This document shows, one piece after another, positions 51,301 to 64,000 of a stretch of DNA of 64,000 nt (position 1 is the first letter of the stretch; every line of letters begins with the position of its first letter). Made by a program: the position numbers and the translations under genes. Location of the stretch: assembly GCF_009914755.1 (NCBI RefSeq), contig NC_060928.1. One strand, 5' to 3'. This DNA is from the human T2T-CHM13v2.0 reference genome, Homo sapiens. The notes beneath the pieces were generated by a model that ran no database searches, was not told the origin of the DNA, and was given only the letters and a program-made list of their open reading frames with translations.

Positions 51301-53836
51301 GCAAATGAATGCAGGAACAGAAAACCAAATATCACATGTTCTCACTTATAAGTGGGGGCTAAATTATAAGAACTTATGGATAGAAGTAAGGAAACAACAG
51401 TTGCTGGGGTCTACTTGAGTGGGGAGGCTGGGAGGAGGGAGAGGAGCAGAAAAGATAACTATTAGGTGCTGAGCTTAATACCTGGGCGATGTAGTAATAT
51501 GTACAACAAACCCCCATGACATGTGTTTATCTATATAACAAACCCTCACATGTACCCCCAAACCTATATAAAAAAAACAACAAAAAATGAAACGAAACAA
51601 AAAGAAATGCATTGGTGTGAGGGATATCAGTATGCTTGAAAACCAGTAGCAGGATAGCTCCTTTTAGGTCAGAGAAGATGGAGGGGATAATGAAATGTAA
51701 TTGGGCTCACTGATATTAATGTGAGTAGTGGGATTCTCAGACTTGTAGAGGACTTTAGTAATAATTATTCTGCTAACACTATAATAAGCCACAGGATTAG
51801 AGTGGTAATCATAGAATTTTGATCTGCAGGGATCTTTAACAATGCTTAGGGCACCTCAAAATAAATGGATGGGCAGCTTACTAAAGAGATATTTGGCATA
51901 TGTAAGTGGAAACATTTTTGGCCCACAGTGAAGAAACCTAAGCTGTGTCCTTGAAATGGGCTTCATGCCTTCTTTCCAGTTTCTAAATCTAAATTTTTTC
52001 AAACACCTAAAGTTTCTTAAATGAGGTGTTGTCCAGGCCCCTTTGAGGAAAGACATTGCAATATGGACTTATTAATCCTGTAAATCTTTTCGGAAGACAT
52101 CCTCACAGTTATCTGAATACATTTACTATGGTAACTGTTCACTGAGGAAAGGCAAATGCTCTGACTGGGGCTTCTTAGACATTTTTTTATGAAAGGAGGC
52201 TGTTTCCTGGAGACCCCTATTGGCTCTGTGTCCTAATGAGCAGAAGCTTACAGCAGACAGGTAATAGACAGAATCTTGCTCAAATCTCATAGTAGCTCTA
52301 GGAGGACTGGGGATAAATATTACAATTATTTATTATCCAGAAAGTTTGGGGAAATTAATATATTTAATAAGAAGCAAATTCTCTTATTGGTGCCCTGGCT
52401 TATGAAGTAGAGGATGTTATGGTAGAAAAACTCAAGTGAAAACCCTTGGAACTGCCTTCCAATCCTTCTCTCTTTCCCCAATAATATAATGAACCAAAAG
52501 CAATGTCCCATTCCTGGGAATATTGCATAGATTAATGTCATTATCAAAAATTTGAGAAATGAAATGGTAGTTATGCTTATCATATATTATTTAACATGAC
52601 TGGCTCTTGGAAAAGCCAGAAGTGTCATGGGGAATAACAGTGGACTATAGCAAACTTAATCATTTGGTGATTTTATTTGCAGTTATGGGGTCATTCTATT
52701 TCAATCTGTAAGGAAAATTAGAAGCAGTTTGCAGTTACATGGCAGGGACTACAGTATACCATCACTATTTTGCCCAAGGGCTAAGCCAACTCTCCTACTA
52801 TGTAAGCAGGAAGTAACAAACACTCTTGATGTCTTCATAAGGTATATGCATTCTAGAGAATAGAAAAAAAAGTTTTAGGGTCTGAAATATGGGTGGGTCA
52901 GTGGGCATAATGTGATATCCTTTGTGAAGTGAGAGACAAATTCCTACACCTTACACAATACCCGCCACTTAGAAAAAGGTATGCACCTAGGACCAGTTAG
53001 AATTTTGTAGGCAATGCATATATTTGGGTATAATCCTCTCACCCATTTATTGGTAATTCATAAGGTTACCTGTTTTGATTGGCACCTATAGGAAGAATGG
53101 GCTCTGCATCAGGTCTACATTGGCAGTGCAGGCTGCTAATTTACATAGAGAAAGAAAGTCTGTATGACAGATACAGATGCTCTTCAAGCCTCTGGCAAAC
53201 CCAACAGGAAATTCAACAGCACAGATATCTAGGGTTCTGAAATAAGGCTACGTCTTTTTAAACTGACAACTTAAAGTTTAAATGGTAAAGCAGTTTTTGG
53301 CTTGCTATGGGCTTCGATAAACACTAAACACTTGACCATGGAATATAAATGACCATGCAATTCAAACTTCACTTTATACATGAAGTGTTATCTGATCTAC
53401 ATAATTTAAAGCTGAATATGAGCAATAGAATTATACTAAAAAATTGAAGCCATATACATAAGTCCAGTCCTGAGCATATTCACTGACTACAGAGGCAGGT
53501 GGCTCAGATACATATTGTGGCTGTTTCTACCGCTTTTCTATCTTTTTGTCATTCACAACAATGACTTCACGGGGAGTTCACAATTATTAGCTAATTGTGG
53601 AGACAAAAGCATAGGCCTGATTTAGGGATAGATCACCATGCTTTGCTGACACCAGCTAAAGAAGTATAGACACTGCATAACAATCACCCTCAGTAGTGAC
53701 CTTGAAAGACAGGTGACAGTATAATGGAACTGACATCACTTAATGATTATATGAAAGCTGATGGAACCTTATATCTCTCCTGAGAGAAGACCATGTATTT
53801 TCAATTGGATGAAGGACAAGAGAGAGGTGCAAAGCA

Positions 53837-54336
53837 TGTAGGCTGGCTGGATACCTTTCACTGGAAACTACAAATCAATTTCCACCCTCCAAACCTCATT
53901 CTCTGTTCTGGGAGGCAGATATGTGTGGATGACATCATAGGCTTCTCTGACTTTCAGCCGAGTATGGTCAGCAGGAATACCAGGCAGGAGATTACAACAA
54001 GAGTGAGGTTGGTGTATTTACTCCCTGGTTCTTTTCTTGTGAGCTCACGTTAAGCTAGCTGTGTCCCTTGACTCAATATCTTTTTTGTTTGTTTTGAGGC
54101 AACTTCTACATTAGTCTTCCCTTTTGTGTTTCTGGTTACTGCTTTCTCTCCTTGTCCTTTCAGGCCTAAGGGTGATTACAGCACAACTTTAACAAACCCT
54201 GAGTTAATGCACAACCCTTGTGGTTCTGATCCACCCTTCCTACACTTTTGTAAACAGAACCTAATTTTAAAAATTCTCTAAAATTACCCAATTTGAGAGT
54301 GCCATCTGTTTCCTATTGGGAAATATACCTCACACA
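53837..54336 (+). mobile_element. 3' LTR of ERVL provirus, LTR33-like
   Basis: After a purine-rich PPT-like tract; GGCAGGAGAT...GAGTGAGGTTGGTGTATTTACTCCCTGG...TTCAGGCCTAAGGGTG...AATTACCCAATTTGAGAGTGCCATCTGTTTCCT. Confidence 0.8.
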
Positions 54337-54361
54337 GTCATCTTTCCTCTGAACCACACAC

Positions 54362-54700
54362 TGTTTATTATTTAGAGCTCACACAATTGCAAGTGACAAA
54401 AATATTCCAACTATCCTTGCTTAAACTAAGAAAGCATAGAGATTTATTGGCTTGTATCAGCAGAAAGTCCAAAGGATGGTACTGTCTTCAGGCATGGTTG
54501 AATCCAAGAGCTCACATGATGTTGGCAGAGCTCTCTCCTCTTGGCTCTACTTTGTGTTGCCATCCTTTTCAGGCGAGTCCTTTCGACAAAGTGACAAATA
54601 TGGACACTGGCAGCTTCTGGCTTACAGTGGCTTTACAAATTGCAGTCCCAGAAAAAAGAACATGAGAGATATTGCAAGTTTTCTAACACACATCATGCTG
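54362..54700 (-). mobile_element. Old MaLR LTR (MLT1J/K-like)
   Basis: TTGCAAGTGACAAAAA...ATTTATTGGCT...CTTCAGGCATGGTTGAATCCAAGAGCTCA...GGCAGCTTCTGGCTTACA. Confidence 0.75.
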
Positions 54701-55829
54701 TGATTCCAATGGAGAACTGCTGAGTATAGTTGAGGTTGTTTCCCTGGCTGTCACATTGACAGTCATGTAGAACAAGTTAACAAACTCTGCAGTTTGGCTG
54801 AGGAGTGGCTGTGAATAGAGAAGAACATTGCCTGGCTCAGAAGAGTATCATCTCCCAACCCTCAGTTGGAGTTCTTTCCCTTTGAAGTACAGGTTTGAAA
54901 ATAAGGAAGAATACTGATAATAGAGACAGTAGGGCAAATTAAAGGCCTACTTCTCTTTTACATGGACTGCTCCTCTTTCTAGATACAGTGTCACATGGTC
55001 ACCTTAGAATAAAAGCTAATTTTCAAATTCATTTGGAGTGGACTCTCAGCCTCAATCTTACTGCCAAATTCATTAATATGGTGAAGAGGGAGCCCCTGGG
55101 ATGAATAGTGAAGCAGATCTGTTCAAAAGACTTCATAAAAGTCAAGAAACCCCTTTGCCAACGTTGAATTTAGTTTTTGGCAAACCATTCTGCAAATATG
55201 ACTTGGAGCAGTTTACATGAACCTTTGAGATGAAGAGGAATGTAAAAGAGCCAGCTTGTCTAGGATGGAGGGGATAGTGGACCCTCTATAACACATAATA
55301 TGTAAACCAGCTGGGTTATAGCAGTAGAGGGAGCAGTCAGGTAGGGTGGGGTGAGCTCCTGAAGGGAATTGCCCACATTTCTGTAATTAGTAGAGTCATG
55401 GAAAACCTTAGGGATTTCATATAAAAGTACAGCATGAAAGTGGCAGGTATGGAAAGTAGCTTTGGCCATGGTATTAAGAGACTGGCGGAAAGGTTATAGC
55501 TGTCTAGGAAAGGAGTTCCTGGGGTCTAGAAAAGGGAATTAACAGTTTACTAGGGAAAAGTAAGACAAAGAAGGTAAAAGAATTATGCCAAAAATAGAAT
55601 ATGTGTTAAGAAATAGTAGACAGAATTCATTTGCCCCTTACATTCCTGTTTGCACACATCAGGCCAGGAATGAAACTGCCATAGAAATACACATTGTCTC
55701 TTTCACAGAACATATAACATTCTATGTTTGGAGATTTTGTCATGCTTTACCCAGCAGACTTTTGTTACCTTCTTTATTTATTACTGTGTATTTAATAACT
55801 CCTATGAAAAGTGTCATGAAATTTAAAAC

Positions 55830-56025
55830 ATAGGTTTTGGTGTCAGCAAGCCAGATTTTGAATACTGTTTTGTCACTTACCAGCTTTTTGTTTTTGGCCA
55901 GATAACTGAATGTCATGTGTAACATGTAGAACATCATTCCTACCTCATGAGATTGCTGTAGGTATTAAATTAGATAATGTGTGCAGAGTGGCTGGCAAAA
56001 CATTCACTCAACAAATGGCTGCTAG
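55830..56025 (+). mobile_element. MIR fragment
   Basis: GTCACTTACCAGCT...CCTACCTCATGAGATTGCTGTAGGTATTAAATTAGATAATG...CTCAACAAATGG. Confidence 0.75.
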
Positions 56026-57289
56026 TCTTACCAGTTCCTTAATTAGAAATTGACTTGTTAAAACCAGGATGACATCATACTTAACGGTTACTTGCCGTGT
56101 ATATTGATATTTATTCCCCCATCTCCCCACCTTATTTTAAATTGTATGGAAAAACTGAGTTTGTTAAGACTCACCATCTTTTACTTTTTAGCCTGTTTGG
56201 GAAAAGAGTTTGTGTGTGGCTTTTCTGTGGTCTGATTTTATTCCCCATGTTTGGGGTCAAAAGATGGTATATACTTTGTCTGTCAGCCTGGCTCACAGAT
56301 TGTGCTAGAGGAGACATAGATCATCTTGGCTGAGATTTGGAGATCTAACTGCAGTTTGAAATTTCCAGTCTCTACGTGGGCTGGTCCTTATACATTTCAA
56401 TTTTCCAAATTTGCAATTTTCATTTTATGTGACCTAACTAATTTTCCTACTTAGGTAAAACAGAAATCTTAAGATGTGCATCACAACATAAAAAGGAACA
56501 TAACTGTGCAAAGGAGAAGTACCTCACTAAAGTTACATTTAGAAAAAAATAAGAATGGCTTTATAAAGCTCAAATCTTTTTTGGTTTTAATTAGTAAGTG
56601 TATATCTATTCAAAATCTTTGTTAGACATAGTCAGGTTGTAAAGAACAGAGGCATGCTCAGAGTACAAAGGTCATTATATTTATTGGAAGGGTATATTGG
56701 AGAATGTGCAAAATTGATGGGCAGCCAAGTCTACCCAACACTAGAGTACCATTAGGGAAAACAGAGTATCCCTGACGACCTGGCTAGTGGTCAAACTTTC
56801 CAGAACTGGTGCCTATAAATGTTTCACCATTCTGGGGTCTTAGATTCTTCATCTCTGTTTCTATTGCCTCCACTTCTGCTGTTAGGGATTGACTCGTTAT
56901 GACTTAAAACTTTTGGTTAAACCTCCAGAGGGGGACAGCCCACGAAGACAGAGAGTGCAGGATGGAAACTGGTTGAGGAAATTTGGGTAGATGCCCTTTG
57001 GGGGCATCCTTTTTTTTTTTTTTTTTTTTCTTCTTCCACCAAAACACCTAATTGTTGGTCTGGTGTTTCAGGTGCCATTCTTTTGTTCAAAGGGCAGGGT
57101 CACATGTATAAAGCATATGGCCACATGCCTCAGAAGCTATCTGGTACAAGTTATGTGCATTTATGCCTATTATCTCTTTTCTTAACAGAGGACATGGTCG
57201 TGGCAAACATTCTAAGTAACATAAACTCTGCAGTATATGTCATAACTCAGAATACAGAATCTAGAAACTTCTAAGAACTTAAAACACAC

Positions 57290-57981
57290 ATCCCACCTCA
57301 TAGCCATTAAGAGGACTACTATCATAAATGAGGTAAATAACAACTTTTGGCAAAGATGTGGAGAAATTAGAATTCTTGTGCTTTGTTGGTGGGAATGTAA
57401 AATGGTGCAGCTGCTATGGAAAACAGTATGGCAGTTCTCAAAAAATTAAAAATAGAATTCCTGTATGATCCAGCAATTTCTACTTCTACTTGGTATATAT
57501 CCAAAATAATTGAAGGCAAGGCATCAGATAGATATTTGCATACTCATGTTCATAGCAGCATTATTCACAATAGTCAAAAGAAGGAATCAACTCAAGTGTC
57601 CATAGATGGATGAATGGATAAACAAAATGTGGCTTATTATATACGATGGAATATTATTCAGCCTTTAAAAAGAAGGAAATTCTGTCATATGCTGCAATAC
57701 AGATGGACCTTGAGGCTATAATTATAAATGAAATAAGCCAGTCACAAAAAGGCAAATACTGTCTGACTCCACTGATATGATGTATCTAAATTAGTTAAAT
57801 TCATAAACAGAGTAAAATGGTGGAGAAAAGGGGCGGGAGAGGGAAGTTATTGTTTAATGAGTATACGGTTTCAGTTTTGCAAGGTGAAAAGAGTCCTGGA
57901 GATGGATGGTGGTGATGGTTGTACAACAATGTGAATGTACTTAATGACATTGAATTGTACATTTAAAAATGGTTAAGATGA
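57290..57981 (+). mobile_element. L1M (L1MB-like) ORF2 end and 3' UTR
   Basis: GGTGGGAATGTAAAATGGTGCAGCTGCTATGGAAAACAG...GTGTCCATAGATGGATGAATGGATAAACAAAATGTGG...GTTTCAGTTTTGCAAGGTGAAAAGAG. Confidence 0.92.
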
Positions 57982-58279
57982 GGCTGGGCGCAGTGACTCA
58001 CGCTTGTAATTCAAGCGCTTGGGGAGGCTGAGGAGGGTGGATACGTTAAGGCCAGGAGTTTGAGACTAGCCTGGCCAACATGGTGGAACTCCATCTCTAC
58101 TAAAAATACAAAAATTAGATGGGTGTGGTGGCGTACGCCAGTAGTACCAGCTACTTGGGAGGCTGAGGTAGGAGAATCACTGAAACTTGGGAGGCGAAAT
58201 TGCAGTGAGCTAAGATCATGCCACTGCACTCACTCCAGCTTGGGTGACAGGGCCAGATTCTGTCTCAAAAAAAAAAAAA
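57982..58279 (+). mobile_element. Alu (AluS-like), full length, inserted at the L1M 3' end
   Basis: GGCTGGGCGCAGTGACTCACGC...TGTCTC followed by an A-tail. Confidence 0.96.
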
Positions 58280-58409
58280 GGTTAATAAGATAAATGTTTT
58301 TAAAAGTTAGTTTAATAATTGTAAAATACCTTATATACCCAAACACACCACATAAACATAATGCACACACACTCAGACACCAATACACAATATTACTTCT
58401 GTAGTGGAG

Positions 58410-58665
58410 TTAGCACAGTGTAGTGGTAAAGTCTGCAGTCTCTGTAACCAGGATGCCTAGGCTCAAATACTGTTTGTAGTATCTGACAGCCGTATGACCT
58501 TGGACAACTTAACTTCTCTGGGCTTCAGTTTCCTCATTTGTAGATAAAAATGCTAATACTATTTACGTCATAGGCTGTTACAAGGATTAAATGAGCTCAT
58601 ACAACACTTGCAACAATGCCTGCAAAATACTAACGGCTCAAGGAATGGTAGCTGTTCTTACTATT
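58410..58665 (+). mobile_element. MIR SINE, near full length
   Basis: GTAGTGGTAAAG...TGACCTTGGACAACTTAACTTCTCTGGGCTTCAGTTTCCTCATTTGTA...AGGATTAAATGAG. Confidence 0.85.
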
Positions 58666-59377
58666 TGAGTATGCATAAAGTATAATATTTTATTCTTAAT
58701 GAATTGAATAACTCAAAGATCAATAACTTTGACAGGTACATTTCCTTTTAGGATCTGAAATACGGAACTTGTAATAGAGGGTCCTAATCTTCTAAATGTG
58801 ACAAAACAGTTGCTTTGGGGACATAATAGGTTGGTTTATTCAGGTCAGAACCATTCACATGTAAACCCTTGTATTCTCTATTCTGTTAAGTTAGCAGTAT
58901 CTTTTGCTTGTTGTAATTATTTTCAATTTCATCGTTCATTTAAACAAAATATATTTCCTCATTTGGATATTATGCCTCAGCCATTAGTTTTTCACTAACT
59001 TTCCTCTATTAGTTATTCTTGCCTTGTATTTGTTGTAGAATGATTTAGTGAGCTTCTAAAACATGGCTGTGGATATTAAGTTTTGCAAATAGGACTAGGC
59101 TAGACAAAGAAGGATCATATTTGCATAATGGCCTCAGTACAGCTAAACTTAAAGCATTTTCCTGTGCATAACAATGACATTCAAATTATTATGCAGCTCA
59201 GAATGCAACAGTCATCTAATTCAGTCTGGTGTCCCAGTTTAATATATTATGGTCTTTTTATCCCTGAACATACCTAATGATGTTACTGCTTATCCAATTT
59301 TTTAATGTCACAATCCATATAGAGCATCTTAAATGATTGTGTGTGTGTGTGTGAACTTTTTTGGGTATTTGATATTC

Positions 59378-59681
<304 letters not shown>

Positions 59682-60014
59682 GTGTATGTGATATTCTTAT
59701 TTAATATTTTCCTGATTTGTTTTTCTCCTATTGCAAGTAGTTCCTCAATCTGTATTCTTATTAGTACAAGTTATTTTTAAAAGCATAGTAAATATGTATG
59801 CATTAATAGTAATCAACAACAATTTGTATAGAGGTATACTATGATTCTAGAATACATATCATGTGATTTCAACATTTTCTTTTTAATTAGACATATTGAG
59901 AATATAGGAGTTGCCATGACTCCCACCATGTCATGCTTTACACTGGAGGATGAAAAAATCTAAAAGTGTAGGTTTTATTCACGTTCTCTTTTTCCTTGAA
60001 TAATATTGGAAACA

Positions 60015-60142
60015 TGAACATGAAATTTGGCATCATAGAGGCCCAGATCCCTGGTTTGCCATTTACTAGTTGGGACTCTATTTAATCTCTCTAATCCTCA
60101 GTTTTCTTATTTATAAAGTAGGGTAATAATACCTACCACATA
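60015..60142 (+). mobile_element. MIR fragment
   Basis: GCCATTTACTAGTTG...TTTAATCTCTCTAATCCTCAGTTTTCTTATTTATAAAGTAGGGTAATAATACCTACC. Confidence 0.8.
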
Positions 60143-60377
60143 GAATGGTAAATGCAAAAATATCTTTTCTAATTATGCATATATTTCCTATTCTAGTGCC
60201 TTAAATTTCTTTATATCAGTTTAATTTTCCACAAGGCGTAATGTTTCTTATGTCTGAAAAAGTTTCATTTTATAAGATCGTGTAGCGAATTTCTTATGGA
60301 GAATAATTATCAGTTTTTGTTTGTCTGAAAAAGTGTTTATTTCACTTTCCTTTTGAAATATATTTTTGCTGGGTATA

Positions 60378-60913
<536 letters not shown>

Positions 60914-61855
60914 ATGCATTATTCTAGTTTGACAGAATTTTTCTTTTCAGTAGTTCATTGTCTTCTGGTGTACCTCACTTTTGATGATAAACTTTCTTTC
61001 ATTCTTATGCTTGTTTCTGTGTATGTAATATGTCTTCTATTTCTCTCTGACTGCTTTTAATATTTAGTCTTTTTCAGTCTTTTTATTAATTGGGTTAGGA
61101 TGTGCCTTGATGTGGTTTTCTTAATGTTCATTCTGTTTTGAGTTCACGTAACTTCTTGGATCTGTAAGATTATATTTTGTATCAAATTTAGAAAAATTTT
61201 GTCCACTATTTAGTCAAATATTTTTATAACCTTCCTTTATTTTCTAGTTTCCTGTGACTCAAATTTCATGTATATTTTACTTCTTGATGTTGTCCCACCA
61301 CTAATGTACTAATCATTTTTGTTTCATTTGCTATGTCTTCAATCCACTAATATTTTCTTCTGAGGTAACTCATTTGCCATTAGTTTTACCCAATGTATTT
61401 TTATTTTATATATATATATATATATTTATTTAAATATAAGTTGTTAATGATAAACGAGAAATTCTTGTTCCAGTTAGCAGTTTTTTAGAAGAAACATAAT
61501 CTTTTATGCTTATTAGAGCTGGAGTATGGGTTCGTCAAACCACAATAACTTAGAGTGAAAAAAATGAACATCAAAAGAAAATTAAGTTAATAATTTTCCT
61601 TTGATATACCAAAAATAGGGATCATAGGTCCTAGATAAACAAAAGAACAACACTATTTATGATAATGTTATTATAGAATTAGAAGTTCTGCCAATCCCAA
61701 ATTACTTATCGTACCCAATTTATGATGTCTGAAATGCCACAAAACTAAATTCGTTCCTTTTGATTAATGCTTTATTATTTTTATTTAAATCAGTAATTTC
61801 CCCTAGAATAGTTGTAACTGTAAATCTCATAAATTACCTAGCGCAAGTAAAAATA

Positions 61856-62575
61856 CAGTAGTACTCCCTTATCTGCTGTTTTGTTTTCCATGATTTCAGA
61901 CACCCATGGCCAACTCTGGTCTGAAAATATTAAACGGGACATCCCAGAAATAAACAATTCATAAGTTTTAAATTGCATGCCAGTCTCAGTAGCATGATGA
62001 AATTTCTTGCTATCTCACTCAGCCCCACCCAGGACGTGAATCATCGCTTTGTCCAGTGTATTCATAATGTATATGCTACCTGCCTGTTAGTCACTTAGCA
62101 GCCCTCTCAGTTATCAGATGGACTGTCTTGGTATTGTAGTGTTTGTGTTCAAGTAACCCTTATTTTACTTAATAATGACCCCAAAATACAAAAGTAATGA
62201 TGCTGGTAAACTGGGTATATCAAAGCAAAGCCATAAAGTGCTGCTTTTAAGTGAAACAGTAAAATTTCCCAACTAAATAAGAAAAGAAAAAAACTAAATG
62301 CTGAGGTTGCTATGATTTAAGGCAAGAATTAATCTTCTATTCATGAAATTATGAAGGAAAAATAAATTTGTGCTACTTTTGGTGTTACACATCAAACTGC
62401 AAAAGTTACAGCCACAGTGCTTAATAAATGTCTAGTTGTCATGGAAAAGGCATTAAATTTGTGGCTGGAAGACGTGAACAGAAACGTTCTGATTGACAAC
62501 AATTGCATTTGGTACTATCTGCGGCTTCAGGCATCCAATGCGGGTCCTGGAACATACCACCCAGCCCCCAGCAAA
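61856..62575 (+). mobile_element. MER44 (Tigger7-derived, TcMar) DNA transposon
   Basis: TA + CAGTAGTACTCCCTTATCTG TIR; CCAGAAATAAACAATTCATAAGTTTTAAATTGC; relic of transposase N-terminus; GGTACTATCTGCGGCTTCAGGCATCCA; 3' TIR degraded. Confidence 0.88.
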
Positions 62576-62902
62576 AGTAGTTTTTGATATTGGAGAAAGA
62601 GACAGAAAGAGAAAGGATAGTAGCTATGGAAGTTGCATTGCAGATTCCAAGAATGGAAGGAATTTAGAAAATGGAGCCTGTTTATGATATAATTTTCCAT
62701 CTAAAAAGAAACTCCCACTGCAGTTTAAGATTTATAAATTAGACCTGTATTGATGTAAGACCAGAATAGTTTATATAATTTACAAAATATATTATTACCT
62801 TTAAAAAACAGATCCCGACAAGGTGTGACTTCTTTAATTCTGGCATGGCCAGAGACAGCAGGGCAAGGTTTGCTGGGTCAAGAGTGACTTTTATTCTCTA
62901 AT

Positions 62903-63225
62903 ACAATTATTGAGGTTTAATTAATATACAGTAAACAGAATATGTTTAAAGTATATGATTTGATACATTTTGACATATGAATGTACTCATGGAATTATAA
63001 CCACAATTAATGAATATACCCATCATACCCAAATGTTTCTTCTGATCTACTCTCCCCATTCCAAGGCAACCAGTGATCTGCATTCTGTCACTATAGATTA
63101 GTTTCAGTTTTCTAGAATGTTGTATAAATACAATAATCTAGTAGATATTCTTTTTTGGTCTGGATTTGTTTTTTCACTCAGGATAATGCCTTTGAGATTC
63201 ATCCAATTTTTTGGAGTATCAATTT
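62903..63225 (-). mobile_element. L1M (L1MC/MD-like) 3' UTR
   Basis: TATTGAGG...TTTAAAGTATATGATTTGAT...GGCAACCAGTGATCTGC..TCTGTCACTATAGATTAGTTT...TTTGAGATTCATCCA. Confidence 0.85.
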
Positions 63226-63264
63226 CTCTCATCTTAGGGCTAAAACTCCTGCATTGTCTATCGT

Positions 63265-63620
63265 GGACTCCAATTGTGGATGTATTTATTTTTACTTGCA
63301 GATACATCAGTTTTTGCTTTATTTTTATTTAAATTATGTAGTCAGGTGCATACATATTTTAGGCTGCTATGTTCTCTTTAATAGTTGACTGGTTTACATT
63401 ATGAAATAATCCTCTGTCTCTGGTAATATTATTTGCTCTGAAATCTGCTGTCAGCTTTCTTTAATTAGTGCTAACACAGTACATCTTATTACATCTGTTT
63501 ATTTTTAACTACTTGTAAATGGATTTCTTGTAGGAAACATACAGTTGGTTTTGTTTGCATATATTCTGACAATCTCTGCCTTTGAATTGGTATGTTTATG
63601 TTATTCATATTTGTATTTAG
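63265..63620 (-). mobile_element. Old L1M ORF2 (endonuclease region) fragment
   Basis: ATTGTGGAT...CAGTTTTTGCTTT...AGGTGCATACATATT...TTCTTGTAGGAAACATACAGTTGG...TCTGACAATCTCTGCCTTT. Confidence 0.75.
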
Positions 63621-64000
63621 CCCAATTTCTCCTCTCTTTGTGCCAGTGTGTCACCTATCATATTTTGAAGGCAGTAACTCTTAAAACTTCAAATTATAGT
63701 TATTTCTCTTTGCTCTTTTTTCCAGACTAAAGAAGTAAATTTATAATTATAACTTGGCATCCAATATGTTTTTTTTTCAGTGCCATAATGCTTTGGCAAC
63801 TGATAAGAACCACTATAGTCTGCTTAAAAGGTATAATTCTCATTGTAAAGCTATCCATTAATATTCCTTGTGTTGACCTAAAAGAAGAAACTGAGACAAA
63901 GTTAATATAGTTTCTTTGGAACACACTTCCAAGTTTTAATGGGGAGTGCTCCCTTCAGTCTTTGTTGCAAGCATATTTTTGAAGGCAAGAAAGGGGAACA

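Overview
Primate (human-like) non-coding genomic DNA, AT-rich and CpG-poor, with no CpG island and no supportable protein-coding exon; it reads as intergenic or deep intronic. The ORFs I could assign are fragments of Alu, L1, L2, ERVL or LTR sequence, and the rest look like chance ORFs. Much of the window is layered transposon fossils: 8 Alus (7 on the minus strand, most with TSDs), MIRs, L2 and CR1/L3 relics, MaLR LTRs (MLT1, MST, THE1) and DNA transposons (MER20, MER45A, MER44/Tigger7). The largest structure is a degenerate ERVL provirus with both LTRs (~42660-54336), split by a near full-length, TSD-flanked older primate L1 (44172-51601) that carries an Alu in ORF1. A second ERVL piece (integrase + dUTPase + MLT2 3' LTR) lies at ~34505-36722. 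Smaller items: a ~30-nt U2 snRNA 5' fragment flanked by a TSD, a perfect 31-bp duplication of a splice-acceptor-like sequence, an orphan A33 tract, and several TF-motif clusters in apparently unique DNA. I found no convincing novel biological system. Subfamily names come from recalled consensus sequences and need RepeatMasker/Dfam confirmation; boundaries without a TSD are approximate.
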